Of a stretch of 64,000 nucleotides of DNA, positions 9,365-19,577 are shown in pieces; the first letter of the stretch is position 1; every line of letters starts with the position of its first letter. The notes beneath the pieces were generated by a model. That model saw nothing but the letters and a program-made list of their open reading frames with translations. It made no database searches and had not been told where the DNA came from. Origin of the DNA: an uncultured Bacilli bacterium (GTDB lineage Bacteria > Bacillota_I > Bacilli_A > RF39 > UBA660); assembly GCA_934098705.1 (NCBI GenBank), contig CAKOPC010000002.1:158457-222456 (forward strand). The letters run 5' to 3'. The position numbers and the translations under genes are program-made.

Positions 9365-10870
9365 CTATGTATATAACTGGAATGGATCAAAATTATTACC
9401 ATTATAACTTGTTCCAAAGTGTAAGTGGCAACCAGTTGAATAACCAGTTGAACCCATCCTTCCTATCTGCTGTCCCATTTCAACAGCTTGTCCAACAGAC
9501 ACATTACCACTATCAGCCATATGAGCATATAAAGTCTTATATCCATTATTATGATTTATCTCAACATAGTAACCTAAACTATCATTATATCTTACTGTTA
9601 TAACAGTTCCATCATTTGCAGCATAAATTGGAGAACCGCATCCAGTACCTGTTATATCAAGAGCAGCATGCCATCTACTGTAACCAAGTCCAGAGTCCCA
9701 GCCATAATATGTACTTATGTAATATCCAGAACGTGTTGGCCATGCCCAAACACCAGTATTACCAACAACATACTGAGTTCTACTACCAGTCTTAACAATT
9801 CTGTTAATCGCAGGTTTTGTTTCAATAGAGTTAGTAACAAGTGCTGTTTGTACCTTACCATTTTCCCTTAAAACCTTTGTTGTTACAAGTTCCTCACCAT
9901 TTGAACCAGACTGAATAACTTCACTATAACCAACATATATTGAAGAATCCTCAATAATTTCTGTTTTAAATTTTTTTTCTTTAAATTCAACCTCAGTTGT
10001 CTCTTCTGTAATAGTAAGAACAGGATTTATTAAATCAACTATTACCTCTTGTCCTTGAAATAATAAAGTATCAACACTTGAAATATTTTTATTAGCAATT
10101 AAAAACTCTCTTGTATTAAGCTCATTATCATAAGCAATGGAAGATACCGTATCTCCCTGTTTCACAGAGTAAGTTTTTAAATTATCTAAAGAACTATAAA
10201 GTAAATACTGAGCAAGTGTTTTACTATCTGTAAATATTTCCTCATTAACAGAAATATAATCTTGCTTTATATAAACATCCTCTTTTAAATAGACATTATC
10301 TATAACTTGTCCTTCTTCCATATCTTTTATCTTTGGTTGTTCCTCATTTACATAATTTTGATAGTCCTCTTCATCAATAAAAGCTAGAATTGTTTCATCC
10401 ATTGCATCAATAAATATTTGTTTATTCAAAACATTTATTGTATTTTTTAAAACACGTTCTGTTTTTTCTTTATTATCTTTATCATCATCAGTTTTTCCTT
10501 TTTCATATATCTTTATAACATAACCTTTAATAGTAAAAGGTTCATTATCTTTAATTTCTTCATAAATATCTTTAGCTTCCTTTAAACTTTCATTATATGT
10601 AAGCTCTTTATTTATTGTAAGACCATTAGGAGCATAAACTGTATCAATATTATACTGTTCTTTTATTTTTACCTGTTCCTTATTTATATAACTTTCTAAC
10701 TTTTTAGGATCTTTTATAAGTCCAATAGAGTTACCATTAAGATATACCCTGTAAATACTTTGAGCTCCATAATAAATTTTTTTAGTATTTGTTAACATTG
10801 CAAACAACAAACTAATAAATAAAGCTAAAATTGTTAAAATTATCGTCCCTTTCTTACTCAAGTTTTTCAC
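9365..10870 (-). CDS. Membrane-anchored M23 (LytM) family metallopeptidase with a LysM-like domain
   Basis: It has an N-terminal transmembrane helix. The C-terminal M23 motifs are HAALDITG (HxxxD), YAHM and GCHLHFG (HxH). A LysM-like segment, VKQGDTVSSIAYDNELNTREFLIANK, is present. Confidence 0.75.
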   Translation of the reverse strand: MKNLSKKGTIILTILALFISLLFAMLTNTKKIYYGAQSIYRVYLNGNSIGLIKDPKKLESYINKEQVKIKEQYNIDTVYAPNGLTINKELTYNESLKEAKDIYEEIKDNEPFTIKGYVIKIYEKGKTDDDKDNKEKTERVLKNTINVLNKQIFIDAMDETILAFIDEEDYQNYVNEEQPKIKDMEEGQVIDNVYLKEDVYIKQDYISVNEEIFTDSKTLAQYLLYSSLDNLKTYSVKQGDTVSSIAYDNELNTREFLIANKNISSVDTLLFQGQEVIVDLINPVLTITEETTEVEFKEKKFKTEIIEDSSIYVGYSEVIQSGSNGEELVTTKVLRENGKVQTALVTNSIETKPAINRIVKTGSRTQYVVGNTGVWAWPTRSGYYISTYYGWDSGLGYSRWHAALDITGTGCGSPIYAANDGTVITVRYNDSLGYYVEINHNNGYKTLYAHMADSGNVSVGQAVEMGQQIGRMGSTGYSTGCHLHFGTSYNGNNFDPFQLYT

Positions 10871-12209
10871 CTTCTTTATTATCCTTTTTATAATTTAAAA
10901 ATGACACTGTATTTTTCTTAAATAAAACCTCAGCAGTTCCAATATTACCACTTCTGTTTTTTCTTACTATAACCTCAGTTTTACTCATATTATCATCTAA
11001 CTTGTTTTCAGGATGGTAATAATCATCTCTATATATAAAAGCAACAATATCAGCATCCTGTTCTATTGAACCAGACTCTCTTAAATCACTTAAAATAGGT
11101 CTTTTATCTTCACGAAGTTCTGGTGTTCTTGAAAGTTGTGCCAAACATATAACAGGTATTTTAAGTTCAAGTGCTAATGTTTTTAAAGCTCTTGAAATTT
11201 CAGATACTTCTTGTTGTCTATTACCAGCATACTTATTAGTTGTTGATATTAAAGTTAAATAATCTATAAATATAGCACCCAAATTAGGATCAATACTTGA
11301 TACTCTTCTTGATTTTGCTTTAATATCACCGATAGTAACACCAGGAGAATCATCTATATATATATTTGCCTCTCCAAGCTGGCTCATAGCCTCATTTACC
11401 CTTTTCCAATCATCATTTAATAAATTGCCATTTTGAAGCTTATTTGCCTCTATTTGACCCGTTGCAGAGATCATACGAGAAACAAGTTGTTCAGCTCTCA
11501 TCTCTAACGTAAAAATAATAACTGATTTTTTCTCATTTAAAGCAATATTTGTTGCCATATTAAGAGCAAGTGCTGTTTTACCCATCGCAGGACGGGCAGC
11601 TAAAATAATAAGTTCATTTTCATGAAAACCATTAGTTATCTTATCAAGATCAAAAAGTCCTGTTGAAAGACCACTTATCTTACCCTTATTATTAGCTAAC
11701 ATCTCAAGATTAGCTTGCACATCAGTTAAAACTTCTGGCATCATCTTAAACTCACTTGATTTTCTATTTTTAACAACATCAAGTATTCTACTTTCAGCCT
11801 TATCAAGTGTTTCCGCAACTGGAGATGTAACATCATATCCTAAAGATACAATATCAGTTGCAGTTGTAATTAAATTTCTTAAAATACTCTTATCATTTAC
11901 TATATCAATGTAATATTCAACATTAGCAGCAGTAGGAGTTTCATCAAGTATCTCAGTTAAGTATTCAACTCCTCCTATCTCATTTAATATCTTTTTATTT
12001 TTAAGTTCATCAACAACTGTTGTTAAATCAACTTCTACCCCTTTATTATATAAATCTTTTAAACAATCAAATAATTTACCATGTTTATCTAAAAAGAAAC
12101 TATCATTATTTAATGATTCTATAGCTTTTTGAAGAGCAACTTTTGATAAAAACATTGCCCCTATAACAGATTTTTCAGCTTCTATATTATTTGGTATTTC
12201 TCTATTCAT
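10854..12209 (-). CDS. dnaB: Replicative DNA helicase (DnaB family; DnaC in B. subtilis nomenclature)
   Basis: The protein has the Walker A motif ARPAMGKTALALN, the sequence IFIDYLTL and a RecA-like C-terminal domain. Its position next to rplI is conserved. Confidence 0.92.
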   Translation of the reverse strand: MNREIPNNIEAEKSVIGAMFLSKVALQKAIESLNNDSFFLDKHGKLFDCLKDLYNKGVEVDLTTVVDELKNKKILNEIGGVEYLTEILDETPTAANVEYYIDIVNDKSILRNLITTATDIVSLGYDVTSPVAETLDKAESRILDVVKNRKSSEFKMMPEVLTDVQANLEMLANNKGKISGLSTGLFDLDKITNGFHENELIILAARPAMGKTALALNMATNIALNEKKSVIIFTLEMRAEQLVSRMISATGQIEANKLQNGNLLNDDWKRVNEAMSQLGEANIYIDDSPGVTIGDIKAKSRRVSSIDPNLGAIFIDYLTLISTTNKYAGNRQQEVSEISRALKTLALELKIPVICLAQLSRTPELREDKRPILSDLRESGSIEQDADIVAFIYRDDYYHPENKLDDNMSKTEVIVRKNRSGNIGTAEVLFKKNTVSFLNYKKDNKEGEKLE

Positions 12210-12217
12210 ATAAACCT

Positions 12218-12652
12218 CTACTTAAAAAGCAATACTTTAACATTAGCTTTTATGTCTTTATATAAATTAATAGAAACATTATGATAACCTAAAGAAGATA
12301 AGGGAGTCTTCATATCTATCATATTTTTATCTATATTATAATCTTCTAACTTTTGCTTTATTTGTTTTACAGATATACTACCAAAAACTCTATCGTGTTC
12401 CCCAGTTTTAACTTTAAATTCTAAAGTTAATCCTTCCAAAGTTTTTTTAATATCCTCTGCCTTTTTTCTGTTTTCTAAATCCTTTGCCATCTCTTGTTTT
12501 TTAGCAATTTCTAAATTATGTAAATTAGTACTTGTTTTAGCAACAGCTATACCATTTTTTATTAAAAAATTTGTAGCATAACCATCTTTAACTAATTTTA
12601 TATCACCTTTTTTGCCTTGACCTTTTAAATCTTTTACAAATATAACTTCCAT
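12218..12652 (-). CDS. rplI: 50S ribosomal protein L9
   Basis: [40 protein letters not shown] is the canonical L9 N-terminus. Confidence 0.92.
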   Translation of the reverse strand: MEVIFVKDLKGQGKKGDIKLVKDGYATNFLIKNGIAVAKTSTNLHNLEIAKKQEMAKDLENRKKAEDIKKTLEGLTLEFKVKTGEHDRVFGSISVKQIKQKLEDYNIDKNMIDMKTPLSSLGYHNVSINLYKDIKANVKVLLFK

Positions 12653-12736
12653 AATTTACACCTCCATAAATAAATGTACCTATTATTTTAATACATTTTA
12701 TTAATTTTGAAAAGTATTTTATAACAAAAGATAATA

Positions 12737-13696
12737 TTATTTTTTAATTAAAATACCTTTAAGCTTATTAACAGCATCAGTAATAGAAATATCATAAATA
12801 ATTGTTGCACCCTCACTATTATTACCTCCGCCACCTAATTTTTTCATTATATTAGAAATATTTATATTACCATAACTTCTACCACTTATACCAACCACTC
12901 TTTTATCTAAGTAACCAATAGTAAATGATGCCTCTATTTTTTCAAATAAAAGCAGGCTTTGTGATGTACGTGCTAAATCATCCCTTTTATAAATATCAAA
13001 TGATTTACCAACAGAAATAGCTATTTTTTTATTTATAATTTCTATATTACTTAATAGTTTTTGCCTTTTTATAAATTTTTTTATATCTTGCTTTAATAAA
13101 TATTGCACTTTAACAGTATCTGCACCATTACTAAGTAAATAAGTAGCACATCTAAAAGTATTGGCAGTAGTTCTTAAAGTAAAATTATTCGTATCAATAA
13201 CTATTCCCGCTAAAATAATATTAGCACATACTGCATCTATTTTTATACCAAGCCTATATAAAATACAAGTCATAACTTCACTTGCACTAGAAAAAGTAGT
13301 ATCAATATATTTAGTACCAATATTTATTGTATTTTTAGATATATCATGATGATCTATAACTATAACATCAAAAAATTGATTTAAGTTATCTAAACATATT
13401 AAATCATATTTATTAGTGTCAACAACAACTAAAAGAGAAGATGAAAAGTCATTAATATCTTCTTTTTTAACAATTTTAACACCTGATGAAATACTATCTA
13501 TTGCTTTACTTACACTATCTTCTAAAATATCATCATTTATTATAATATAGCACTCTCTTTTATACTTATTAGCTATTTTAAAAACTGCTATACTAGCTCC
13601 TAAAACATCTAAATCTATAAAATTATGTCCTACAACATATACTTTATCAGCTTTTTTTATTTTCTTTTTTAAATCTTTTTTTAATTTTTCTAACAT
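12737..13696 (-). CDS. DHH/DHHA1 family phosphoesterase (NrnA-like or a short GdpP-like catalytic core)
   Basis: The DHH motif IVIDHHD and a DHHA1 region with GGGG are present. It lies upstream of rplI, where Bacillus has gdpP, but there are no transmembrane, PAS or GGDEF regions and it is only 319 aa. Confidence 0.7.
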   Translation of the reverse strand: MLEKLKKDLKKKIKKADKVYVVGHNFIDLDVLGASIAVFKIANKYKRECYIIINDDILEDSVSKAIDSISSGVKIVKKEDINDFSSSLLVVVDTNKYDLICLDNLNQFFDVIVIDHHDISKNTINIGTKYIDTTFSSASEVMTCILYRLGIKIDAVCANIILAGIVIDTNNFTLRTTANTFRCATYLLSNGADTVKVQYLLKQDIKKFIKRQKLLSNIEIINKKIAISVGKSFDIYKRDDLARTSQSLLLFEKIEASFTIGYLDKRVVGISGRSYGNINISNIMKKLGGGGNNSEGATIIYDISITDAVNKLKGILIKK

Positions 13697-13757
13697 ATTA
13701 ACTCCTAAATTTTTAAAAATTCATAAATATATAACTTATGAATTTCATATTTTAAGA

Positions 13758-14429
13758 TTAAGCTATTGTTTCAACATTTACCTTAAATTTATAACTATAA
13801 TTTTCTAAAACAATATGTTGTTCTCCATTATCTTCTTTTGTATTTGTAAATAATGAATTTATATCATATCCATCTTTAATCCATAAACGAAGTCTAAAAG
13901 TTTGAGAAAGTTCTCCCCCATCTTCATTTTCAAAAGTAAATATTCCTTGAGTTAAATACTTATAACTTCCTAAATAATCATCAAGATTACTTACTAAAGT
14001 TGGAAAAATATTTTGTACTTCAGTCCCACTACTAAGAGTTGTAAGATAAGCTTTTATAGCATCATCTGGATAATCATAATCTGTTTCTATTCTTTGTAAG
14101 TAAACAACATAATTTATAACTGTTGGTCCATCTGCTGTTGCCTTAACAGTAAACTCATAATAATCATCCATTATTTTACCATCATCATCAGTTAAAGAAC
14201 CATATGCTAAAAAGTTATAATTATCTACTTGTTCTTTGTATGAAAATGAAATTTTAGAAGTTGTAATACTATGTTCTTTATTACCTTCCAAAACTATATT
14301 ATAAGCTGCAAAAGAAAAACCAATTATAAAGACTAACCCAACAAGTATTAAAATAAAAAGCTTTTTTGCATTTTTATTTTCCATATTCATAAAATCACCT
14401 TCGTCTATCATATATATAAATTTTATCAT
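13758..14429 (-). CDS. Secreted TasA/camelysin-like protein with a SipW-cognate-type signal peptide (scattered paralog)
   Basis: It has the signal anchor LFILILVGLVFIIGFSFA|AYNIV. Shared family motifs are ITTSKISFSY and FRLRLWIKDGY (compare LRIWVDANAD and LKAWIDENY in the paralogs). Confidence 0.55.
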   Translation of the reverse strand: MIKFIYMIDEGDFMNMENKNAKKLFILILVGLVFIIGFSFAAYNIVLEGNKEHSITTSKISFSYKEQVDNYNFLAYGSLTDDDGKIMDDYYEFTVKATADGPTVINYVVYLQRIETDYDYPDDAIKAYLTTLSSGTEVQNIFPTLVSNLDDYLGSYKYLTQGIFTFENEDGGELSQTFRLRLWIKDGYDINSLFTNTKEDNGEQHIVLENYSYKFKVNVETIA

Positions 14430-14676
14430 AAAAGATATAAAAAATAAATAGTAAATTAAAAGGAATAGAAATTAATTCTATTCAAAAAAAGAAAAATTAA
14501 AGTTATATAATAGATAAATTATTTATTAAAATTAAACAAATTATTTTATTAAATAAAAAATCATTAAATCATATATTATTAATAACAAATTCTACTTTTA
14601 ATCATAATAAAAAAGTATATATTTTATCTTTTGTATGTTATAATTTATTTATAATATAAAAAAGGAGTAATAAAAA

Positions 14677-15690
14677 ATGAATAATTTTAAAAAATGGATA
14701 ATTAATAATATTAAAGTTATAATACTTACCATACTATCTATTGTAATTATAACTACATTTATAATGATGCTACTTAATAAACAAAATAATAATATGACTA
14801 AAAATAGCAATAATACAGAATCAAATACAAATGTTAAAGTAAATGAAGATACTTCTAATAATATGGAAAATAAAGCGGATAATAATAGTAATAATGATAA
14901 TAATGATAATGATGATAAACAAGATGAAACAAATAATAATAAACAAAATAATATAAATACTGATTTTAATACCAACAATGACAATAACAAAGGAAACAAT
15001 GAATCAAAAGAAAATATACAAGAATATCCCTCTTACGTTTCTTTTGAACAAGCTGAAGACTTACATTTAACCGTTGGTGATACCTACCAATTAAAACTCA
15101 AAACAGACCCAGTAAATGTAAAAAATAATAATGGTACTTATAGTTCTACTGATGAATCTATAGCAACTGTTGATTCAAATGGTAAAATAACAGCATTAAG
15201 AAATGGTTTTTGCAATATAACATTTACTACAGAAAATGGTTTAAAAGCATCAATATATTTAGGAGTTTTTTATACAATTTTAGGCACAAAAAATTTTAAC
15301 AAAGTAATATATAATCAAAATGGCATAACAATAACGGTCGAGAATTTTATATATGATATGGAAGCAGACTCAAGTCCAATGTATTTTAGAGTAATTAACA
15401 ATAGCGGAAGCACAATTGGAATATTTGTATCAAACAAACCAAACTATGCATCTGCTTCTGATTTTGGGGTTACCATCAATGGAAAGCAAATAAATAACCA
15501 ACAAATGAGCTATGTAATAGTAAGCGACGTTGTAGATGATTCCGCAAAAAATGGCTATATTTCATTTAAACAAGATTATTTAAGAATTAACCAAATAAAA
15601 CAAATAAATACTTTAAGTTTCTACTTAATATTTATCGATGATAAATATACGCAAAAATTCTCTTCAGATTTAATAACAATAGATTTTTAA
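14677..15690 (+). CDS. Membrane-anchored protein with an N/D-rich low-complexity linker and a bacterial Ig-like (Big_2) domain
   Basis: It has an N-terminal transmembrane helix and an N/D/K-rich repeat region. The Big_2 signature is LTVGDTYQLKLKTDPVNV...STDESIATVDSNGKITALRNGFCNITFTTENGLKASIYLGV. Confidence 0.6.
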   Translation: MNNFKKWIINNIKVIILTILSIVIITTFIMMLLNKQNNNMTKNSNNTESNTNVKVNEDTSNNMENKADNNSNNDNNDNDDKQDETNNNKQNNINTDFNTNNDNNKGNNESKENIQEYPSYVSFEQAEDLHLTVGDTYQLKLKTDPVNVKNNNGTYSSTDESIATVDSNGKITALRNGFCNITFTTENGLKASIYLGVFYTILGTKNFNKVIYNQNGITITVENFIYDMEADSSPMYFRVINNSGSTIGIFVSNKPNYASASDFGVTINGKQINNQQMSYVIVSDVVDDSAKNGYISFKQDYLRINQIKQINTLSFYLIFIDDKYTQKFSSDLITIDF

Positions 15691-15717
15691 AAACAAGTTT
15701 ACTACTTGTTTTTTTAT
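15691..15717 (+). terminator. Intrinsic terminator hairpin plus T-tract after the Big_2 gene
   Basis: The hairpin is aaacaagt-ttact-acttgttt (8-bp stem) followed by ttttt, immediately after the stop codon at 15690. Confidence 0.6.
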
Positions 15718-15889
15718 ATTAAAAAAGCCATATTATAACCTTAAAATAAAATTATTAAAAATTTAACAACTTTGAAAATCATAATTATTACAGTACATAA
15801 TATACCAAGTTTGATAATCCAGTATAACTATTTTTAAGATGTCCTAAAAATTGCTTATATAAACAAATTACTTTGATTTTTATTTCAAA

Positions 15890-15935
15890 AAAAGACTACT
15901 GACAAAGCAAAATCTTGTCAATAGCCTGAAAATAG
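15890..15935 (-). terminator. Probable rpoC terminator (imperfect hairpin plus U-tract on the minus strand)
   Basis: The arms gactactgacaa and ttgtcaatagc are complementary with mismatches. On the minus strand they are followed by a T7 run (plus-strand aaaaaaa at 15889-15895). Confidence 0.35.
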
Positions 15936-15944
15936 AAATTAATT

Positions 15945-18900
15945 CTATTCCATAAATTCTTCTTCCAATACTTCCATTGGTTCATCTGTTAAAAATTGTT
16001 TTTCAAGTTCATATGATACATCTCTATATTGTTTAGCCCCTGTTCCTGCTGGAATAAGTTTACCAATAATTACGTTTTCTTTTAATCCTTGTAATGTATC
16101 TACTTTACCTTTTATAGCAGCATCTGTTAATACTCTTGTTGTCTCTTGGAATGATGCAGCTGATAAGAATGATTCAGTTTCAAGAGATGCTTTTGTAATA
16201 CCAAGTAATATTGGTTTTCCTAAAGCTGGTTTTTTACCCTTTAAGATAACTTCCTTATTAGCTTCAGTAAATCTTCTCATACTTATTAATTCTCCAACAA
16301 GAAGTTCTGTATCTCCACCATCAATAATTCTAATTTTAGAAATCATTCTACTTACAACAACTTCAATATGTTTATCAGAAATATCAACACCTTGTGCACG
16401 GTATGCTTTTTGAATTTCTTTTAAGATATATTGTTCTGTTGTAATTGGATCAGTTACAGCAAGTAATTCTTTTGGAGCAATATTACCTTCTGTTAATTTA
16501 TCACCAGGTTCTACCATATCACCTTTACTAACACGAAGTTTTGCACCATAATTTGTAACATGCTCTATTTCTTCTAATTTATTTTTAACATAAATTTTAT
16601 ATTTACTATGATCTTCAACAATTTTTGAAATAATTCCTGCTGTTGTTGCTATTGTTGATTGTCCTTTTGGATTTCTTGCTTCAAATAATTCTTCAACACG
16701 AGGAAGACCTTGAGTGATATCTTCACCACCAGCAACTCCTCCTGTATGGAATGTTCTCATTGTAAGTTGTGTTCCTGGTTCTCCAATAGATTGTGCAGCC
16801 ATAATACCAATAGCTTCTCCTACTTCAACTAAATTACCAGTTGCTAAGTTTCTACCATAACATTTTTGACATACACCATTTACTGTAGAACATGTAAGAA
16901 CACTTCTTATTTCAACTTTAGTAATTCCTGCATTAACAATTTTTTCAGCTAATTTTTCAGTAATCATTTCATTTTTATCGACAATTACTTCTTTAGTTTC
17001 AGGATTAATAATCTTCTTACTTGAATATCTACCAACAATACGGTCATATAATCCTTCAATTACTGTATTATCTTTATCATTTATAAATGTTGAAACAGTA
17101 ACACCAAAATCAGTTCCACAATCTTCTTCTTTAATAATTACATCTTGTGATACATCAACAAGTCTTCTTGTTAAATATCCAGATGATGCAGTATTTAACG
17201 CAGTATCGGCACTACCTTTTCTAGCACTATGTGTAGATAAGAAAAATTCTGATACTGATAATCCCTCTTTAAATGATGAAATAACTGGGATTTCGATTAC
17301 TTTTCCACCTGGTTTAGTCATAAGACCTCTCATACCAGACATTTGAACGAATTGTGAAATTTTACCACGAGCTCCTGAATTCATCATACAAACTATTGGA
17401 TTATCAACAGCTTCATCTGCAATTTTCTTAAGGTCAGTTTGAACCTCATCCTTAGCTTTTTCCCAAACTTTTACAACACTTTCAAATCTTTCTTCATCAG
17501 TTATTAAACCTCTTGCATATTGTTTATTGATTTTATCAACCATCTTTTTAGCTGCTGCAATAATCTCTCCCTTTTCTGGAACAGATATAACATCATCTAT
17601 AGATACTGTTGTACCAGAAATAGTTGAATAATTAAATCCTAAATCTTTTAATCTATCTAGCATAACTGATGTTTCAGTTGTCTTATATAATTTAAATATT
17701 TGAGCTATTATATCTTTTAAAGTCTTAACAGGGAAAGGATTAACTAAAGGCATTTCCTTTATAGCAGCCTTTATATCAGTTCCTTTTGGTAAGAAATACT
17801 TATTAGGAGTTATTGTTGTAATATTTTCTTTTGTAGGTTCATTAATAAATGGAAAACTATCAGGCAAAATTTCATTAAATATAAGTTTACCAACAGTTGT
17901 TACCAAATATTTATCTTTTTGCTCATCTGTAAATATTTTATGGTTAAATGATGAAACTGGTAAAACTATTCTTGTATGAAGTGGAAGATCTCCTCTTTCA
18001 TATTCCATTAATGCTTCATTTGCATTTTTAAATACTCTACCTTCGTTTAACTCATCATGTTTTTCTTTTGTTAAATAATAATTACCAATAACCATATCTT
18101 GTGCTGGTGTAACAACTGGTTCTCCTGATTTTGGATGTAAAATGTTATTTGCACCAAGCATTAAAAGTCTAGCTTCAGCTTGAGCTTCTTCAGATAATGG
18201 TACGTGAACTGCCATTTGGTCTCCATCGAAATCCGCATTAAATGCAGGACAAACAAGTGGATGTAATCTTATAGCTTTACCACCAATAAGTTTAGGTTCA
18301 AATGCTTGAATACCTAATCTATGAAGAGTTGGTGCTCTATTTAACATAACTGGATGTTCTTTAATAACTTCTTCAACAACATCCCAAACTCTTGGATCTT
18401 GATTATCAATTAACTTTTTAGCAGCTTTTATATTATGAGCTATATCTTTTTCAACAAGGCCATGTATAACATGGGGTTTAAATAACTCAAGTGCCATACC
18501 TTTTGGTAAACCACATTGATACATTTTAAGACTTGGTCCAACAACGATAACACTACGTCCTGAATAGTCAACTCTTTTACCAAGTAAATTTTGTCTAAAT
18601 CTACCTTGTTTACCTTTTAACATACTAGAAAGTGATTTTAAAGCACGATTTCCAGCACCAGTTACACTCTTACCACGTCTTCCGTTGTCAAATAAAGCGT
18701 CAACTGCCTCTTGTAACATTCTTTTTTCATTTTGAATGATAATAGTTGGAGCACCAAGTTCAATAAGTCTTTTTAAACGATTATTACGATTTATTACTCT
18801 TCTATATAAATCATTTAAATCACTAGTTGCAAATCTACCACCATCTAACTGAATCATTGGTCTAAGTTCTGGAGGTATAACTGGAATAACATCCATAATC

Positions 18901-19577
18901 ATCCATTCAGGTTTATTACCTGATTTATAAAAAGCATCTAATATATCAAGTCTTTTAAGTAAACTTGCTCTTTTTTGACCTTGAGCATTTTCAAGTTTTG
19001 CTCTTATATCTTCTATTTCTTTACCTAAATCTACTTTTTTAAGTAATTCTTTTATAGCTTCAGCACCCATTCCTACTTTAAAGCCATCGCCGTATTTTTC
19101 ATAATATGCACGATATTCTTTTTCGGATAAAGTTTGCTTATCTTCAAGTGGTGTTATTCCCTTATCAATAACAACATATGATACAAAATATAATACCTCT
19201 TCAAGATCTCTTTGGCTCATATCAAGTACAGTTCCCATACGTGATGGAACACCTTTAAAGAACCAAATATGAGATACTGGAGTAGCAAGCTCAATATGTC
19301 CCATTCTCTCACGTCTAACTTTTGATCTTGTTACTTCTACTCCACATCTATCACATACAATATTTTTATATTTTACTCTTTTATATTTACCACATGCACA
19401 CTCAAAATCTTTAGTAGGACCAAATATTTTTTCACAATATAATCCATCTCTTTCAGGTTTTAGTGTTCTATAATTTATTGTCTCTGGTTTTTTTACTTCT
19501 CCATAAGACCATTCTCTTATTTTATCAGGAGAGGCAATTCCAATTTTTAGAGCTTCAATTTTATTAACATCTATCAT
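15945..19577 (-). CDS. rpoC: DNA-directed RNA polymerase subunit beta-prime
   Basis: The protein is 1210 aa. The motifs [12 protein letters not shown], the zinc-finger cysteines [21 protein letters not shown] and the trigger loop are present. The start overlaps the rpoB stop. Confidence 0.97.
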   Translation of the reverse strand: MIDVNKIEALKIGIASPDKIREWSYGEVKKPETINYRTLKPERDGLYCEKIFGPTKDFECACGKYKRVKYKNIVCDRCGVEVTRSKVRRERMGHIELATPVSHIWFFKGVPSRMGTVLDMSQRDLEEVLYFVSYVVIDKGITPLEDKQTLSEKEYRAYYEKYGDGFKVGMGAEAIKELLKKVDLGKEIEDIRAKLENAQGQKRASLLKRLDILDAFYKSGNKPEWMIMDVIPVIPPELRPMIQLDGGRFATSDLNDLYRRVINRNNRLKRLIELGAPTIIIQNEKRMLQEAVDALFDNGRRGKSVTGAGNRALKSLSSMLKGKQGRFRQNLLGKRVDYSGRSVIVVGPSLKMYQCGLPKGMALELFKPHVIHGLVEKDIAHNIKAAKKLIDNQDPRVWDVVEEVIKEHPVMLNRAPTLHRLGIQAFEPKLIGGKAIRLHPLVCPAFNADFDGDQMAVHVPLSEEAQAEARLLMLGANNILHPKSGEPVVTPAQDMVIGNYYLTKEKHDELNEGRVFKNANEALMEYERGDLPLHTRIVLPVSSFNHKIFTDEQKDKYLVTTVGKLIFNEILPDSFPFINEPTKENITTITPNKYFLPKGTDIKAAIKEMPLVNPFPVKTLKDIIAQIFKLYKTTETSVMLDRLKDLGFNYSTISGTTVSIDDVISVPEKGEIIAAAKKMVDKINKQYARGLITDEERFESVVKVWEKAKDEVQTDLKKIADEAVDNPIVCMMNSGARGKISQFVQMSGMRGLMTKPGGKVIEIPVISSFKEGLSVSEFFLSTHSARKGSADTALNTASSGYLTRRLVDVSQDVIIKEEDCGTDFGVTVSTFINDKDNTVIEGLYDRIVGRYSSKKIINPETKEVIVDKNEMITEKLAEKIVNAGITKVEIRSVLTCSTVNGVCQKCYGRNLATGNLVEVGEAIGIMAAQSIGEPGTQLTMRTFHTGGVAGGEDITQGLPRVEELFEARNPKGQSTIATTAGIISKIVEDHSKYKIYVKNKLEEIEHVTNYGAKLRVSKGDMVEPGDKLTEGNIAPKELLAVTDPITTEQYILKEIQKAYRAQGVDISDKHIEVVVSRMISKIRIIDGGDTELLVGELISMRRFTEANKEVILKGKKPALGKPILLGITKASLETESFLSAASFQETTRVLTDAAIKGKVDTLQGLKENVIIGKLIPAGTGAKQYRDVSYELEKQFLTDEPMEVLEEEFME

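Noticed and set aside
14649-14999. 116-aa minus-strand ORF rich in Leu/Ser
   Set aside because: It is antisense to the N/D-rich low-complexity part of the Big_2 gene (14677..15690). Its composition is the mirror image of that repeat, so it is a spurious ORF.
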